Positions 29,291 through 64,000 of a stretch of 64,000 bases of DNA are shown here, piece after piece. The notes beneath the pieces were generated by a model. It ran no database searches. It saw nothing but the letters and a program-made list of their open reading frames with translations, and was not told the DNA's origin. Made by a program: the position numbers and the translations under genes. This DNA comes from Tubiluchus corallicola (Eukaryota > Animalia > Priapulida). Location of the stretch: contig JAQGDQ010000017.1 of the NCBI GenBank assembly GCA_030141605.1, positions 744,001-808,000 of the forward strand, in the 5' to 3' direction. Numbering within the stretch: the stretch's first letter is position 1; every line of letters starts with the position of its first letter.

Positions 29291-29467
29291 TACGTGTTAC
29301 TAAACTAGCGGTTGTACTTTTGCCATCTTTGTAATTTTAATTTGTAATTTATACTGTGTTTAGAGCCACTTTATCACTTTATTTTATTAGAAAATTTGTA
29401 AAATTTATACTTACGCTAATGTTGTACCTGCAAATAGAGGTTTTATTAATAAAGATTTTAAATAAAT

Positions 29468-29647
<180 letters not shown>

Positions 29648-30164
29648 CCTAAAAGCAAAATGAAAAGAATTGTTGTGCCACCATTACTCTATATTGAACA
29701 ACCTATGAGCCCGAATAGGAAAATTTTATTCGTGGTCGGGTTCACGCATGCACAGCCTTGTAAGAAGAGAAACAGTGTGATCCTTAGTTTGCTAAAAATT
29801 GTAGCTGTAATGGCAGTAACTGTAAATCAGGAAAATTTACGTTTATTAGCTTGAACTGGAGCAAGTCAGGCGGCTAAGTAATTGCAGGCTTCTGGTTCAA
29901 AATGTTCAAGTTTATTGCGGCTTTGTTGCAGCGATGGCTTCATCTTAGTTTCACAGCATTGAACTACTAAAGCTTCTGGTTTTATGATTAAAAGGAACGA
30001 AACTTAATAAAACGACAGATTATTAAGCCATGTGTGCAAGATTTTACAAAGCTATTATTTTTACAGCTTTCTGTTGAAGAAATGGCGCCGAAACTAAATA
30101 GCGTCACGTGAAAATGAGACATCACCATATAAAATACCGCTGAAATATTTGGACATTTTAATGT

Positions 30165-30370
30165 GTTTTTGCTGTTGCTGCTGTTGTTGCTGTTTGTTGT
30201 TGTTGTTGTTGTTGCTGCTGCTGCTGTTGCTGTTGCAGTTGTTGTTGATGTTGCTGTTGCTTCTGATGTCGTCACGTTGTTGTGCAGTTGTTGATCTCGT
30301 CATTGTCGTCATCATTGTTGTTGTGCAGTTATTGTCGTTAACGTCGCCGTCGGCGTCACTGTTGTTGATA
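30165..30370. repeat. Degenerate (TGT/TGC)n repeat
   Basis: Visible directly. Confidence 0.85.
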
Positions 30371-30570
30371 TTGTGTTATTGTATGCTCCTAAGCCAAAAT
30401 CTGTAAGACAATATTTGTGGAACATATGTTTAGTGCTTGAATAAAAGTAATTGTAATACAAGAGTTAAACGTATTTTGGCCTAAAATTCGTATAAAATGT
30501 GTAGGCGGTCAGAGACTTCTTCATTTTTTGAATATCATTTTTTGAATATGCAGGGTGGTGTAAAATGTTA

Positions 30571-30644
30571 CGTCCCTGGGTGGGCTCGAACCACCAACCT
30601 TTAGATTAACAGTCTAACGCGCTAGCCGATTGCGCCACAGAGAC
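30571..30644 (-). tRNA. trnN-GTT: tRNA-Asn (GTT)
   Basis: GTCTCTGTGGCGCAATCGGCTAGCGCGTTAGACTGTTAATCTAAAGGTTGGTGGTTCGAGCCCACCCAGGGACG; full cloverleaf; TTTT terminator downstream. Confidence 0.97.
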
Positions 30645-31049
30645 CTGTACGGTTGACATATTTTAAAATATAGCAAGTAAAAATTTATTGACCAGTTTTC
30701 ACTTTGACAAACTGCTTCGTGGAAAATCCTGACATTTTAGTTTGTGAAACGAAACTTTGAAAACGTTCATAAACAGAAAGACACGAGAGAACAAGACTGG
30801 CAAAGCAAAAGAAAGAATAAAGCAGCTGCAGAAAATACGAAAGAAGGAATAGAAGACGAGGAAGATGAAGGGAAAAGAAAAAATAAGCGTCATAAATAAA
30901 AAGGGTGACAAATAAAAAAAGTGAGAAGCTTAAGAACACAAAACTGCGAAGAAGATAAAAATGAAAGGGGAGAAACTTGGAAAACGGACAAAAACTGCTG
31001 CTGTTGTTGTCATCATGTCCATCGTGGTTTGTTGTTGCCAATGCTGCTG

Positions 31050-31380
31050 ATTGTGGTGGTCGTAGTAGTGATAATTATGGCTACGTTGGTAGCGATAATG
31101 ATGATGATGGTGGTGGTGATAATAATGGATCCGTTGGTAGCGATAATGATGATGATGGCGGTGGTGATAATAATGGTTACGTTGGTAGCGATAATGATGA
31201 TGATGCCGGTGGTGGCAATGATGGTTACGTTAGTAGCAACAATGATGATGGTGGTGGTGATATTGATGGTTACTTTAGTAGGGATATTGATGGTTACGTT
31301 AGTAGCAACAATGATGATGGCGATGGTGATAATGATGGTTACGTCATAGCGATAATGATGATGATGCCGCTGATAATAAT
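31050..31380. repeat. About 48-bp GAT/GGT-rich minisatellite
   Basis: Unit GGTTACGTTGGTAGCGATAATGATGATGATGGTGGTGGTGATAATAAT, decaying rightwards. Confidence 0.85.
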
Positions 31381-32272
31381 TTAAATAACAATGATGTCGA
31401 TGACGATGGCAATGTCAACGATATGACGAAGACGACGGTGACGGCTGTAATGACTACATCGATAATTAAAATAGAGCACGCCACATAACTGCATGTTCTA
31501 TAGACGCTGGCAAGGGTACAGCTGACTAACACATTTACCTACAGACATCTGGCTCATACCATGTGGCTGTAGGTGGCTGTTTCTTTATTCCAGTTTATCA
31601 AGGAGTTTTTAATTTGCAAAACAAAACACGAGTATCAAAAATTAGTTTGCCTTGAATTTCTAAGATGCGAAACATCGATTTCTTCCAACTCCGTCACAAC
31701 GCCAATCAAACCTTGTAGAGCTGCGTCGTAATTTGATTAGGAAACTATAGGCATCTCATCAAAGAGCTCATCAAGCAGCTAGCACAGCAGCACAGCTGTA
31801 ATGTGGGAGGCTTCACGTGGTTGCTGCTTGTTTGTGTGTTCAGCGTGGGTAATTTGTGCCTCTTTGTAATGGGAAACCAAGACCGTTTGGGATGAGATAA
31901 TGACCTGTCTGACCTACCACATGTAGGAGAGGCGGTAAAGCAGGCCGTCCACATTAACTTCCACTAACTTTAGTAGTTTAACTCAAAGCGTAGCAAAGGT
32001 CAATAGGTTTTTCTAGCTTTTACAGTATTAGTTTACTGAAACCACTAAGCTGAAGTCTAGAAGCAGTAAATGGCTACTTCCCTGATTTTGCATCGAAAAG
32101 TTAACACGCGGCTCTGACAAGTTTATCTAATTTTTTATTGTGTCTGGGTGATCTGTTTCATGATGTCATAAATTAACAGAATCGGACATGATTTGTCTCA
32201 TGTTTTGCACAGAAGGCTGAGCTGGACATAGGCCTAGGCCAGGTGTGAGATCTAGAATCCATTTTAAACACG

Positions 32273-32640
32273 TCACTAATGCTGTATAACTAAGTGTTGT
32301 AACTAAAGTTGTATAGCAACCACTAAAAGTGCATTGCAACTGCAAACAATGTTATAAACATACGTATATGTCGTCTATAAGTTGTCTTGTTTCGTTGTTC
32401 ATGTGTTTAGAGTTTGTGTGCTGGTATTGCTACGTGTTTTCTATTAAAATAAATGTTGATATTTATTTCTATATCTGTTTCAAAAAAGCACTGTCAACAA
32501 GTTTGTAGGTGAGCCACTCTTGTTTTTCATTTTTTATAACAAACCATACCAAAAAACATAATGATACGAGGACTCACTAAGGTCAAATAAATTTGTTTAA
32601 GCATTTTTAAATCTATTGTGCGCAATGTGGCCTGAAAACA

Positions 32641-32683
<43 letters not shown>

Positions 32684-32735
32684 CCACCATCATCATCGTC
32701 ATCATCATCATCATCAACATCATCATCACCATCAT
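32273..32735. repeat. Interspersed ~370-bp repeat with (CAT)n tail, copy 1
   Basis: Near-identical to 40903-41345, same orientation. Confidence 0.85.
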
Positions 32736-33779
32736 CTATTTTCAACGTGATATATCAGTGTGATCACTATGGAAAACGTCAGCACAACAATTAAAAATAA
32801 AAGTGAAAACTTTTAAAACCGGTTTATGTAGTATTTAACGTGTATTGCTTTGCCAATGTACAATGTATGTATTTGTGCAAATAAAACTGAATTGAATTGA
32901 ATTATTTATTAAGTATCTTTGAAAGCAATTCTAAATACTTATGATTTATGTATTTATACACAATACACATGTTCTTGCAAGTAACAGAGCATAATAAAGG
33001 GAATGAAATGATTTATAGAAAAAAAAAATGCTAAGCATGTGGATCTGACAAAATCCCCAAACTTCTACCTCCGTGACAACTGGCTCACTTGACCCACCTT
33101 CAGAATCTTTTCTAGCCTGTTTGCACATTCCCGAGTGAACGTCATAATTATAGGCATCTGACGGTCTGCATTTTCCACCTGCACATTTTGGATGCAGATG
33201 TCTGAAACATCAAGCAAATTATTTTTAAGCCATTATCAACAGAGGTAGTATGCATCACGCACACTCATGTAACGTTAAACAAGTTTTTAAAAGCAACATA
33301 TACTGCGTAGAAAACACTGAGAGATTAGGTTGTAGCAAAATTAAAACGGCTTCGTGTTACTCAATTCAATCAGCGCCCAACTCATTTTACGCTAATCTGG
33401 CTTCCGAAAAGCATTTCCAAGTGGCGCTTCCAGGATGCGCAGATTTAAGGGGGAGGGGGTGTGTTTAATTCAAATTTTACATATTCAAACATATAAATTC
33501 TAATAAATAAAATAAAAAACAATGGTTTCAATTTGGGCAAAAGTCACGTATAGGAAGTCAAAGAAAGTTTTAGTTTCTCTCAAGTTTGAAAAAAAAGTTC
33601 GTGACAACAGTTTTGGACACGCCTTCTTCCTCTAAATTATGTGAACTCGTTAAGAATGTTGAGTCTGCGTAATTTGTATTCAAGCGACGTTCACAGAGAC
33701 ACAACGCTAGTCAGTGTGCTTAATAAGAAGCCAATACTGGGAATCATTAGACTCAAAACGTGGGTTTGAAAGCTATTGT

Positions 33780-34066
<287 letters not shown>

Positions 34067-34357
34067 AAAGCTACTATTACTATTTTTTGCAAACGGTACT
34101 ATGAAAATGTTACGATACCATCTACACAACACAACAGTAATTACAAAACTATAAATTTTGAAACGAGAGTACAACCATAAAATTTGTGTAGTGCGAGTAA
34201 ATTTTAGATGATAACCTAGCTCACAGAGAAGATAAGCTGTGAAGAAAATATATTTTGATATTGATCTTTAGGCGTTTTCATATGGTTGTAATAATAACTT
34301 TATTTCGGTGTTTTCATATCGAATTTAATTTTGAATGTTTCGATATGTAAAAGGTAT

Positions 34358-34431
34358 CGTCCCTGGGTGGGCTCGAACCACCAACCTTTAGATTAACAGT
34401 CTAACGCGCTAGCCGATTGCGCCACAGAGAC
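34358..34431 (-). tRNA. trnN-GTT: tRNA-Asn (GTT), second identical copy
   Basis: Identical 74-nt sequence; TTTT terminator (aaaa at 34349-34352 on +). Confidence 0.97.
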
Positions 34432-36514
34432 TGATATATCACGCGTGCCGTTAACTACACTCTCATCGCTGTCTCTACGTGAGCTGCAAACAAATCAATA
34501 CGTGCAAGCGGAGAGTCGGAACGTGTAGCTTGTTACACCGGCTATGCAGCTTAAACTGGTGCAGTTCATCAGGGGTTAACGCACTAAGCGCTATAGCGCT
34601 CATAATTATAGCTGTAATAAATTATTACCTACGTCTAGAAATAGGATGCATACAGACTCCAAGACTAAAGAAAAGAACAACTGATTAAAGTTACTGATAA
34701 GACAGACCTATCACAAATAACAGTGGTGCTAAAATCAATGCTAGGTCAGCTTGCTTAGCCATAAAAATTGCCTAGCATAAAGAATGTAGACTTTAGTATT
34801 TATAGAAAAATTGAAGACATTGGCTTGCCAGTACCACTTCCGAATAAAAATGTCAAAGAAAATGAAATCAGGTATGTATAATAAAATAAAGTCAAGGTAG
34901 GGGGCTGGACAGTGAAGATAAAAAGTAGAACATTGAGATTGATAGGAATCGATTGACAGCTAAAATTACCACTCAAAGAAGCACTGAAGAAAAAATTGAA
35001 ACCGCAAGGAGAATAGCTGCTGACTTGCCTTAATTTCATCTTGTCAACGCAGCATTAGATTTCAAAAATACAAAGATATATGAGGTTGCAGGTGATAGGA
35101 TAGCGTGGACTAAGTGGTTGCAAGGGTCACGTCAGAGGACGTGTGCTGCCACAAATGAATGATGAATGAAAGATAAACAAGCTTTCGTTATTTCAACAGT
35201 GACTTTTTTACCATATATCCGGAATGAGGAACACGTTATTGCATAAAAATTAAAAATCACGTTAGGTTGTTTTCAATGCACCTGATCAGCATACCTGAGT
35301 GATGTGTTACTACATTTTAGCCCATAGTGGGTACGCAACAGCGCATGACGCATTCCTGAAGTCTGGTAAACGCCGCTGTACATGTCAATGTTTACACTGA
35401 GAATTTGCCTTGAAAAATTCGGCTTTGCACCAGTACTTTTTGAATTAATTAATTGCGAATCAGTTAGAAAATGAATCTAAAGAAGGTGTAAAACCCAGAA
35501 ACTGCAAAGACTTGGGTAAAAGAGCATTGGGCACGAATAATAACATAACAGATGGAGGACAAGTTCTGGTGTGTAGCAAGCGACCTTGAGTAGAAAATTG
35601 AAGGTCGAAAGTCAATTACAACTTCGAATCTATACGCTAAGGATCAAAAAATAACCTCCAGACAGAAACCGACTTTCTTGCTGCAGTGGCTTACCTTCAC
35701 AGCTCAGTTTACAGATAAGAAAGCTGCTTGAAATTTGATTGTTAACTAGTTTACAGTATCGCATGGAAGAAGTGGATGGGTGACCTTATGCAATGGTTCA
35801 AAAACGCTGAAAGCTTAACAAGTGTAGGCCTAATAAAAAAAACAACGAAGCTTAAGTAACTTATTATAAAGACCAGAGTGCATAAATGTAAACAATTAAA
35901 ATGCAAGTTTAGGGCAGTTTAAGAATCGGAATCCAAGAAAGATCGTAGGTCCGAAGAATTACAGTTTTTCCAGAAATATGGTCTGTCAAGCATTACCTGC
36001 ATCACTGTCCTTTAACAGTTATGTGAGTTTTCTTACGTGGAAACGCCTACCGTGTATCATTTATTAAAAAATGTAAACTTTTCGTGAATCACTCGGTGCT
36101 AGAACTCATCTCATCTGGACAACATGTGAAGGCTTTTAAACACGATGATTTTGTTATTTAGCCTTGTTCAGAAAGAGCGAGTTTAGCCTTGCAAGACTTG
36201 GGGGGCAGTGTGTGTGTCATTATGAGATGAGTGTACGTGAAAGATATTCTGACTTGGATTACAACTCAACGTCTGCCTGTCTTTTGCTTGATTTTTATAA
36301 ATTACTATCGAAGAAAGAGAAAGCAAGTAGATAGAGTGAATAGCTAGATCACTGTCTATTTAAAAGCCTGCCTAATAATATACCTCATCGATCGAGCTTT
36401 CCTCCCGAGTTTCCTCCCTAACGTTCGCAATTTTCTAATCATAAATTTACTTTATAATCACTTACAAAGCACGTTAGTAGCTGAGTTATCAATTATGAAA
36501 GAAGTGAAGAAGTG

Positions 36515-36518
36515 TGAG

Positions 36519-36593
<75 letters not shown>

Positions 36594-36600
36594 AAGAGAA

Positions 36601-36641
<41 letters not shown>

Positions 36642-36653
36642 GGAGAGGGAAAG

Positions 36654-36704
<51 letters not shown>

Positions 36705-36720
36705 AAGCAAGAAAAAGAGA
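36515..36720. repeat. (AG)n microsatellite
   Basis: Visible directly. Confidence 0.95.
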
Positions 36721-37617
36721 CAAATAGCAGAGAGAAAACAGAATCTATTAGCATATCATCAAATTGTGGAGAATAACAGCGTCAAATATCAAATATTTAT
36801 ATAATAAGAAATAACAAACGCTTTATTTCACAAACATAAACACAAGAGCTGTTAACAAATCACAAACTTAAATAAACAACGCATACAGGAACACGTCCCT
36901 ACAAATAAGCGTAGTCGATAAAAGTTTATATATTTACATTTAATTTGTAATTTCACACACCTGTTCAAATAAATGGAGAACGTTACATAAATTATGTTCG
37001 TGTTGGACATCATTTTGTCTGGGTATGGCTGGTCTTAGTACAGAAACCGTTATCATAAATTAAAATTAATGACTTTCATTTTTCTTCGTGAAACGGCCCT
37101 CGGATAAATTTTTAGTTACACAGACTGCACATTACACGACCTTCTTTTGCTTAACGCCACAAAATAAACATTTGAAAGACAGGTTCAGATTATTTTGCGG
37201 GAGAGTTCGTAAAAAACGTTTGCGCCGTCATTCTGCCACGCAAGAAATTTATGAAATGCGTGATTTGAACTGGCAGGCTGCACCAATTCGCCAATATATT
37301 TAGACACTCGTTTGTAATTAAAAACTCCATGCAGGCCGCATAAATGACAAATATGATGTAACGCAGATGTTGAGCGTTTTTCTGCATGACGTTGCAATCG
37401 TTCTGTGCCCAGACTTGACGTTGATCTGCATTGAAAGTTTTTCTATCCCTATCAATGTCCTAGGCTCAGTTGGCCTTTAAGCTGTATTAAAGGAAAACCC
37501 TTGGGAGAATTAGAGGTCAGATATTTGATCAGATAAGAGTTGTTATATGACCATGATCTTGATAAGAAACAGTCCCAAACAGGAGTACAGTTTTTGTGAG
37601 TTACTTTGATAATACGG

Positions 37618-37852
37618 TTCGGTTTCACAAAGTCGTCAGTAAGTTAACGTTGTTGTTGCTACAGTTCGGTTTCACAAAGACGTCAGTAAGTTAACGTTGT
37701 CGTTGTTACAGTTCGGTTTCACAGAGTCGTCAGTAAGTTAACGTTGTTGTTGCTACAGTTCGGTTTCACAAAGTCGTCAGTAAGTTAACGTTGTCGATGC
37801 TACAGTTCGGTTTCGCAAAGTCGTCAGTAAGTTAACGTTGTCGTTGCTACAG
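37618..37852. repeat. 47-bp minisatellite, 5 copies
   Basis: TTCGGTTTCACAAAGTCGTCAGTAAGTTAACGTTGTTGTTGCTACAG at 37618, 37665, 37712, 37759, 37806. Confidence 0.95.
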
Positions 37853-37894
37853 TCAATAAACTATTAATAACGACGCCGTTTGCTTAGTGACGGC

Positions 37895-38074
37895 TTTATG
37901 AACTTGGACTCAGACTTAAGAGTTTCGTGGGTTTTATTTTTTCCACACTGCATCATGACAGTAACAATGTTATCACAATAAAAATTTATGAACTTGGACT
38001 CAGACTTAAGAGTTTCGTGGGTTTTATTTTTTCCACACTGCATCATGACAGTAACAATGTTATCACAATAAAAA
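37895..38074. repeat. 90-bp tandem duplication
   Basis: Copies start at 37895 and 37985. Confidence 0.92.
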
Positions 38075-38436
38075 TATATATTACAATGAATGCTCACTTG
38101 ACCAGATACTTTAATTAGCTGATAAAATACAAATTGAATATTATTCATGTTTCTCAGGATGCATAGAGTTTTATCTAAAACTATAGCTTGACAGTGCAAC
38201 CTGTAGCTTTGATATACATAGCTTAGTGTCGACTAACCAGGAATTGTGGCATTCAAGGTTTAGGAGTTTTTTTAAGTATTTATAATGCAACGTTGCTGGG
38301 TACTCGCCGTTTCGTGTTTCGGATGCCAAATGGTCCGGGTTCAATGCCAGGATGAATGCCAATGAAAAACTTTCTATAAAGGAGTTTTGTATATCAACTA
38401 CATAAAGGCAGATAAATATTTGTGACAATAACTCGC

Positions 38437-38605
38437 GGTGTTGTTGGTGGCGGTGGTGTTGGTGGGGGTGGTGCTGGTGATGTTGGTGGTGGTGGTGGTG
38501 TTGGTGGTGGTAGTGGTAGTGGTGGTGGTGGTGGTGGTAGTAGTAGTAGTAGCAGCAGCACTAGGCACCAGCAGCAGCAGCAGCAACAGAAGCAGCAGTA
38601 GCACC
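38437..38605. repeat. (GGT)n/(AGT)n/(AGC)n compound repeat
   Basis: Visible directly. Confidence 0.9.
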
Positions 38606-39648
38606 AAGGGTAGGCCTAATGGACTTTTTAGGGTTAAAATTTCTATAAACATCAGACATTTTACAATACATAACAAAAACAACTTTTGCCCACTCTTCAA
38701 GATTATCAAGTTAAGATTGGGGTAGATTTTCCTTTGTCTGGATATTGGCCTATCCTAAACCTAGACATTATACTGTCGACCGGTACGGATGTTACTACAT
38801 TGACTGATAGCACAAGGTGCACAGGTGAGCTTCAGCCAATAGCAAGTCGCGTTAAATAGCAAGATGATAATAGTAAGCTATGTTTGAGTTTACGGTTAGT
38901 CGTGACCAAAGTCCAACTTCAGGAAAGAGTGAGCATACTAGTTTTCATACGGCTTTCAGCACTCGCTTTACTTTGTGTTTTTAGAATTCCAAAGGAACAC
39001 AAACTAAGCAGAAATTGTGATCTGACACTTAATTTCACTTAGACATCACAAACAGATACCCAGTGAAACATTTAGTGACAATATTTGCTGCTGTGAAAAA
39101 TTTACGTGCAAGGAGCGAGCGACAGAAGTTCGTGAGAAAAATGCACAAAGACAAGTGCAAGAAATCACGTGAACAGCAAATGGAAAAATGGAAAAATACG
39201 TAGTACGCCTAAAGTTCAGTGGTTGAACCTAAACGAACAACTGCGACGAGCCTTTCGGTTTGGTCGATGAATAATAACACAAACGTGTACGGTTTCACGT
39301 TTTTTTTCTTTTTCGGACTAGTTCGACTTCAAAAAATCAATAATAATTATATTTACGAGCTCGGTTCATCGTTTTCTCTCGTCATTACTCCTATGCCTTA
39401 GTGTTTCTTTTGTTTTTACGAAAAAATGATTAAGTGATTGTTCAACACTGAAAGTGTGTCAAAAAATTATAACACTGTGCAGATGTGCTGCGATCACAGT
39501 GCCATCTCTAGAGAGAAATAGAAAACGCAGATATTTCCGAAATTAAAATATTTGACATCTAATTTTTTTATACATTATGCTAAGATAATGTTAAGAGCAC
39601 ACTCTTAACTAAGCGCCTCTAATTAAGCAGTGGTGATAGGTGCCAGAA

Positions 39649-40695
39649 ATGAGAATAAACCGCAGACGATGCCACCGAACACTCTTTATCTGTTACCTGG
39701 GACTTTGCAGCCTCAGTTTCGTATTAGTGTACCATTTCGGACGTCAACTGGTAGAGGAATACCTGGCAGATAGGGAACATTACCTGAAAATAGTGGCAGC
39801 CAACAATTATCCGATGTATGACTATGTAGAATGGGATAGTAACACTACTCGTTATTTGACCATAGACTTTCAAGGTGGCATTGGGAACCACATGTACCAA
39901 TACGCCTCGCTTCTGGGAATAACGTGGGAAATGAGACGTCAAACAGGGTACAATTATCAAGCAGTAGTGCCCGACTACTTGGACCTTCTTCAGTTTTTAC
40001 ACGTGACTGCTGAACATTTTGAAAGTTCCAAACTTTTCTGGTTCAAATACGGCCCGTTGGAAAGAAAAACTGGAATGTACGACACTGAAATTTACGAATA
40101 TTTAACAAAGCAGAAGAGTCAGAGACTGTGCATAATAGGATTTTTACAAAGTTGGAGGTACTTTGATGACATAAAGAATCTCGTTCGTAATGAATTCGTG
40201 TTTGAAGCAAACATAAACAGAAAAGCTCACGAGTATTTAAGAAAAATTGCTGAAACAGTAAAGACTGACAATCCCTCGTATATTGGTGTCCACGTGAGGA
40301 GAGGTGATTTACTGGTAGACCAGTTAGGACGTGTTCCGGCTGATATTACTTATTTACGTAAAGCAATGTCTTATTACAAGGTGAAGTACAGAAAAACAGT
40401 GTTCGTGGTGTGTAGCGACGACATCTATTGGTGCAAAAAGAACATTAACTTCCGCGAATTTGACGTCTTCTTTGTGGAAGGTGGCAAAGGAGAAACCAGA
40501 GCAGCGGAGGAGGATCTGGCAGTTTTGTCTAAATGCAATCATACCGTTATGACAGTGGGGTCGTTCGGTTGGTGGGCGGGGTGGCTAGCGGGTGGGGAGG
40601 TGGTATTTATGAAAGAGTTTACAGTAAACGGCTCGGGATTCGCTAATCAATATGTTGCTGAAGACTATTTTCCACCAGACTGGACCGGGCTGTAG
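39649..40695 (+). CDS. Galactoside alpha-1,2-fucosyltransferase (GT11, FUT1/FUT2-like), intronless, 348 aa from ATG
   Basis: Type II TM anchor; GGIGNHMYQYASL, GFLQSWRYF, IGVHVRRGD, FVVCSDD..WCK, CNHTVMTVGSFGWWAGWL. Confidence 0.93.
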   Translation: MRINRRRCHRTLFICYLGLCSLSFVLVYHFGRQLVEEYLADREHYLKIVAANNYPMYDYVEWDSNTTRYLTIDFQGGIGNHMYQYASLLGITWEMRRQTGYNYQAVVPDYLDLLQFLHVTAEHFESSKLFWFKYGPLERKTGMYDTEIYEYLTKQKSQRLCIIGFLQSWRYFDDIKNLVRNEFVFEANINRKAHEYLRKIAETVKTDNPSYIGVHVRRGDLLVDQLGRVPADITYLRKAMSYYKVKYRKTVFVVCSDDIYWCKKNINFREFDVFFVEGGKGETRAAEEDLAVLSKCNHTVMTVGSFGWWAGWLAGGEVVFMKEFTVNGSGFANQYVAEDYFPPDWTGL

Positions 40696-40902
40696 ATAAA
40701 TAAGTTATGCTTTAAACTCATCCAGGGAAGAAAAGCTAGTAGGAACCAGAGAAAAATGAAGAAGGGAAATGAAAAGAAGTACGAGGAGAAGAAAAGAAAA
40801 AAGAATAAAAATAGAAGAGGAGAAAGAAGAAAAAATGGGCATCCTTGGCGAGTTTTAGAAACACATATATTCTTGTAAATGACTATCATAGAACTCAGCA
40901 TG

Positions 40903-41345
40903 TTACTAATGGTGTATTACTAAGCGTTGTAACTAAACTTGTATAACAACCACTAAAAGTGCATTGTAACTGCAAACAATGTTATAAACATATATGTCGT
41001 CTATAAATTGTCTTGTTTCGTTGTTCATGTGTTTAGAGTTTGTGTGCTGGTATTGCTACGAGTTTTCTATTAAAATAAATTTTTATATATTCTTTGCTAT
41101 ATCTGTTTGAAAAAAGCACTGTCAAAAATTTTGTAGGTGAGCCACTCTTGTTTTTTAATTTTTATATCAAACCATACCAAAAAACATAATGATACAAGGA
41201 CTCACTAAGATCAAATAAATTTGTTTAAGCATTTTTAAATCTATTGTGCGCAGTATGGCCTGAAAGCAATTTTATTTTCATCCTCCTCATTATCATCATC
41301 ATCATCATCGTCGTCGTCGTCGTCGTCGTCATCATCATCATCATC
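40903..41345. repeat. Interspersed ~370-bp repeat with (CAT)n tail, copy 2
   Basis: Near-identical to 32273-32735. Confidence 0.85.
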
Positions 41346-42932
41346 GATTTATAAACATACCTAATTGATACAACATTATTTAAAAGCTAAACCGATCTGG
41401 AACACAAAGTTGCATCGTGGCGCCAGCTAGCAGTGACTTTCATACTTTTACTTGCCATTAACCCTGACCCCGTATCTGGGAAGCCAGAACATTGATCGAT
41501 AGCCAATACAGGAATTATTCGCAGGCGCGGACAACTAAGTCTTGTTCTGCCTCAAGTGTAAATGTTCATTGCGTTTCTACAAAAAAGGATTTTCATTATT
41601 TCGTATATTTTATCTATTATCGTTTACAGATAGTCTACCGATATAGCAGCTACAGTAAAGATTAGCATGCCAATATTATTTGTATATATCCAAATATGGC
41701 TGCGTAGGGACATATAAATATATAGTATTATTTTCGAGGAAAATCATTGTTATTTTTCAAATTGTTCCTACAAAACGTACTTTTCAGACAATATACTATA
41801 GTGATATAAAATTATCATGTACACACAATACTGTAAATTTAAATAGTCTTTTTTGAGTGAATGAATAAAATAAAATAAAACAAAATAAACAATAAAATTG
41901 AAAAAGAAACATAATATTCCGTGTATATCTATAGACTCTGTTGTTATTAATTGTGTTACAACTTTCCTAAACATAGCCATAAGCTAACAAATTAATTGTA
42001 ATTACGAATTTCTGTGTAGCCCATATGTACATTAACGTTTTGGTGAGATGCAAAACATGTCAGTTACATATTAGAGAGTCTCTCTCTCTCCTCTTCCTTT
42101 AGTTAATTATTAATAAATTATTAATAATCTAAAAAATAATATATTGCTAGATCTAAAAATTTCCCGTCAGCTGCAAGCAAATTTAATTATGTTCTGTTTT
42201 TAATAAAATCATTGTAAATTTAATTTTAGCAACCCATGCTTTAACATGTAATCGTTCCGGTTACCGTTAGCGTAAGAAAACCCAAAAGTTCATCTTGGGT
42301 TTAGCGAAGCCAATAAGAAATAATCTGTATTAAATTTAATAATAATAATAATAATAAATTTGTTAAAATTATTAAGGAACTGTTCACGTACATGCAGGCT
42401 ACTACAATATAGGCTTATGCAATATATGTATTGCTGTGCGAATTCAATTTGTTTGACACTCTCCAATAAAAAGCGTCAAGCTTTAGGAGCAGTGCATTGG
42501 TACAGACTGTAACGTTTTAGCGCTAGCTTTTTCCAACTCAATGAAAAGTTTCGATGCCTAACAGCAAAAAACTTGGACCTTTAAAAATGACGTCATATAT
42601 GAATCCGCGGTAAAGGATTCGACTTGCTTTTAAAACTTTTCTCAGTAGTTATCTTACATTTAACCGAACTGTTTGACAGTACTGACCATAGTATAACTTA
42701 CTCTGGCACTTATTAATCGTATTTCCTCATATTGGCAAACTATAGTCGTGCCACTGAAGTGAACTACACAAGGTCGCGGATAAGCACAAATTGTATGAGC
42801 GCGAACTGGTTAGTTGCATTAACAGTAATTTAACGTCAGGGTTCTCGTGATAAAAAATGTGTTTTATACAATATTTGTTTGACATGCGAAGGTGAAGTGA
42901 TTTGAAACAGCGTGCGAAGCAATATTACAACT

Positions 42933-63398
<20,466 letters not shown>

Positions 63399-64000
63399 GT
63401 ATAATTAATATCATGATGTCCTTTTACTTAAATTGGGATTATGTGTGCAGTAAGTAGCAACTTCGAGTTTTTTATATAACAAATTTGATGTATTTATGTA
63501 CATAACAAACTTCGTACATTTATTTAGCACATTTGGTATGTTGATGTAGCAAATTTGGAATAGTTATGTTGCGTAGTTAGTATGTGTATGTAGCACATTT
63601 GGGATAACCATGCAACACATTTATTATGTTTGTGTGGCAAATTTGGTATGTTCGCCTAGTACATGTTAATATTATACAGTCATGAAAGCAATCGAATATA
63701 ATGCAGCACTATAATTGGCTTAACTACTCACTACATTCTTAGTCTAAAACATTATGTTACTACTGTTGTGAATGTTGTCAATGGTGTGAAGCTGTGATTG
63801 ATTGATTTTTTGTCCTGTTTGAATTGTCTGTTTATGAAGTGTTAAACTCTTGTGCTACTGTGTTACATCTGTTATAATTGTTCAAGGCATTCTTATTTTA
63901 GTTTATCTGTTATTTTGCTTACATTAACAAAACATTTTAAGTAAGTCAGATATTGATAACAAATACTTCTTTAGTTACTACCACAATTTTTATTATAAAT

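Noticed and set aside
37618-37852. CRISPR-like regular repeat
   Set aside because: Contiguous 47-bp units with no unique spacers, no cas genes, eukaryotic context; it is a minisatellite

Overview
AT-rich, intron-containing animal (invertebrate-like) genomic DNA; taxon not determinable from sequence alone. Five protein-coding genes are supported: (1) a divergent intronless class A GPCR (2292-3230, +); (2) a 12-13-exon ODF3/SHIPPO1(CIMAP1)-like PGP-repeat axonemal protein gene that I assembled by hand (20916->5351, -), largely missed by the ORF track, with every intron in phase 1; (3) an intronless SREB (GPR27/85/173)-family GPCR (23599-24714, -); (4) an intronless GT11 alpha-1,2-fucosyltransferase (39649-40695, +); (5) the 5' part of KDM5/lid (ATG 42933, at least 17 exons, runs off the window). 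There are two identical tRNA-Asn(GTT) genes, many non-autonomous DNA transposons (TTAA-AGG Kolobok-type, Tc1/mariner, hAT), LINE fragments, tRNA-derived and Penelope-like foldbacks, and abundant micro/minisatellites, which explain most short ORFs. There is no CRISPR array, and I see no convincing wholly new biological system; the best leads are listed as findings. Family assignments come from recalled motifs, not database searches.
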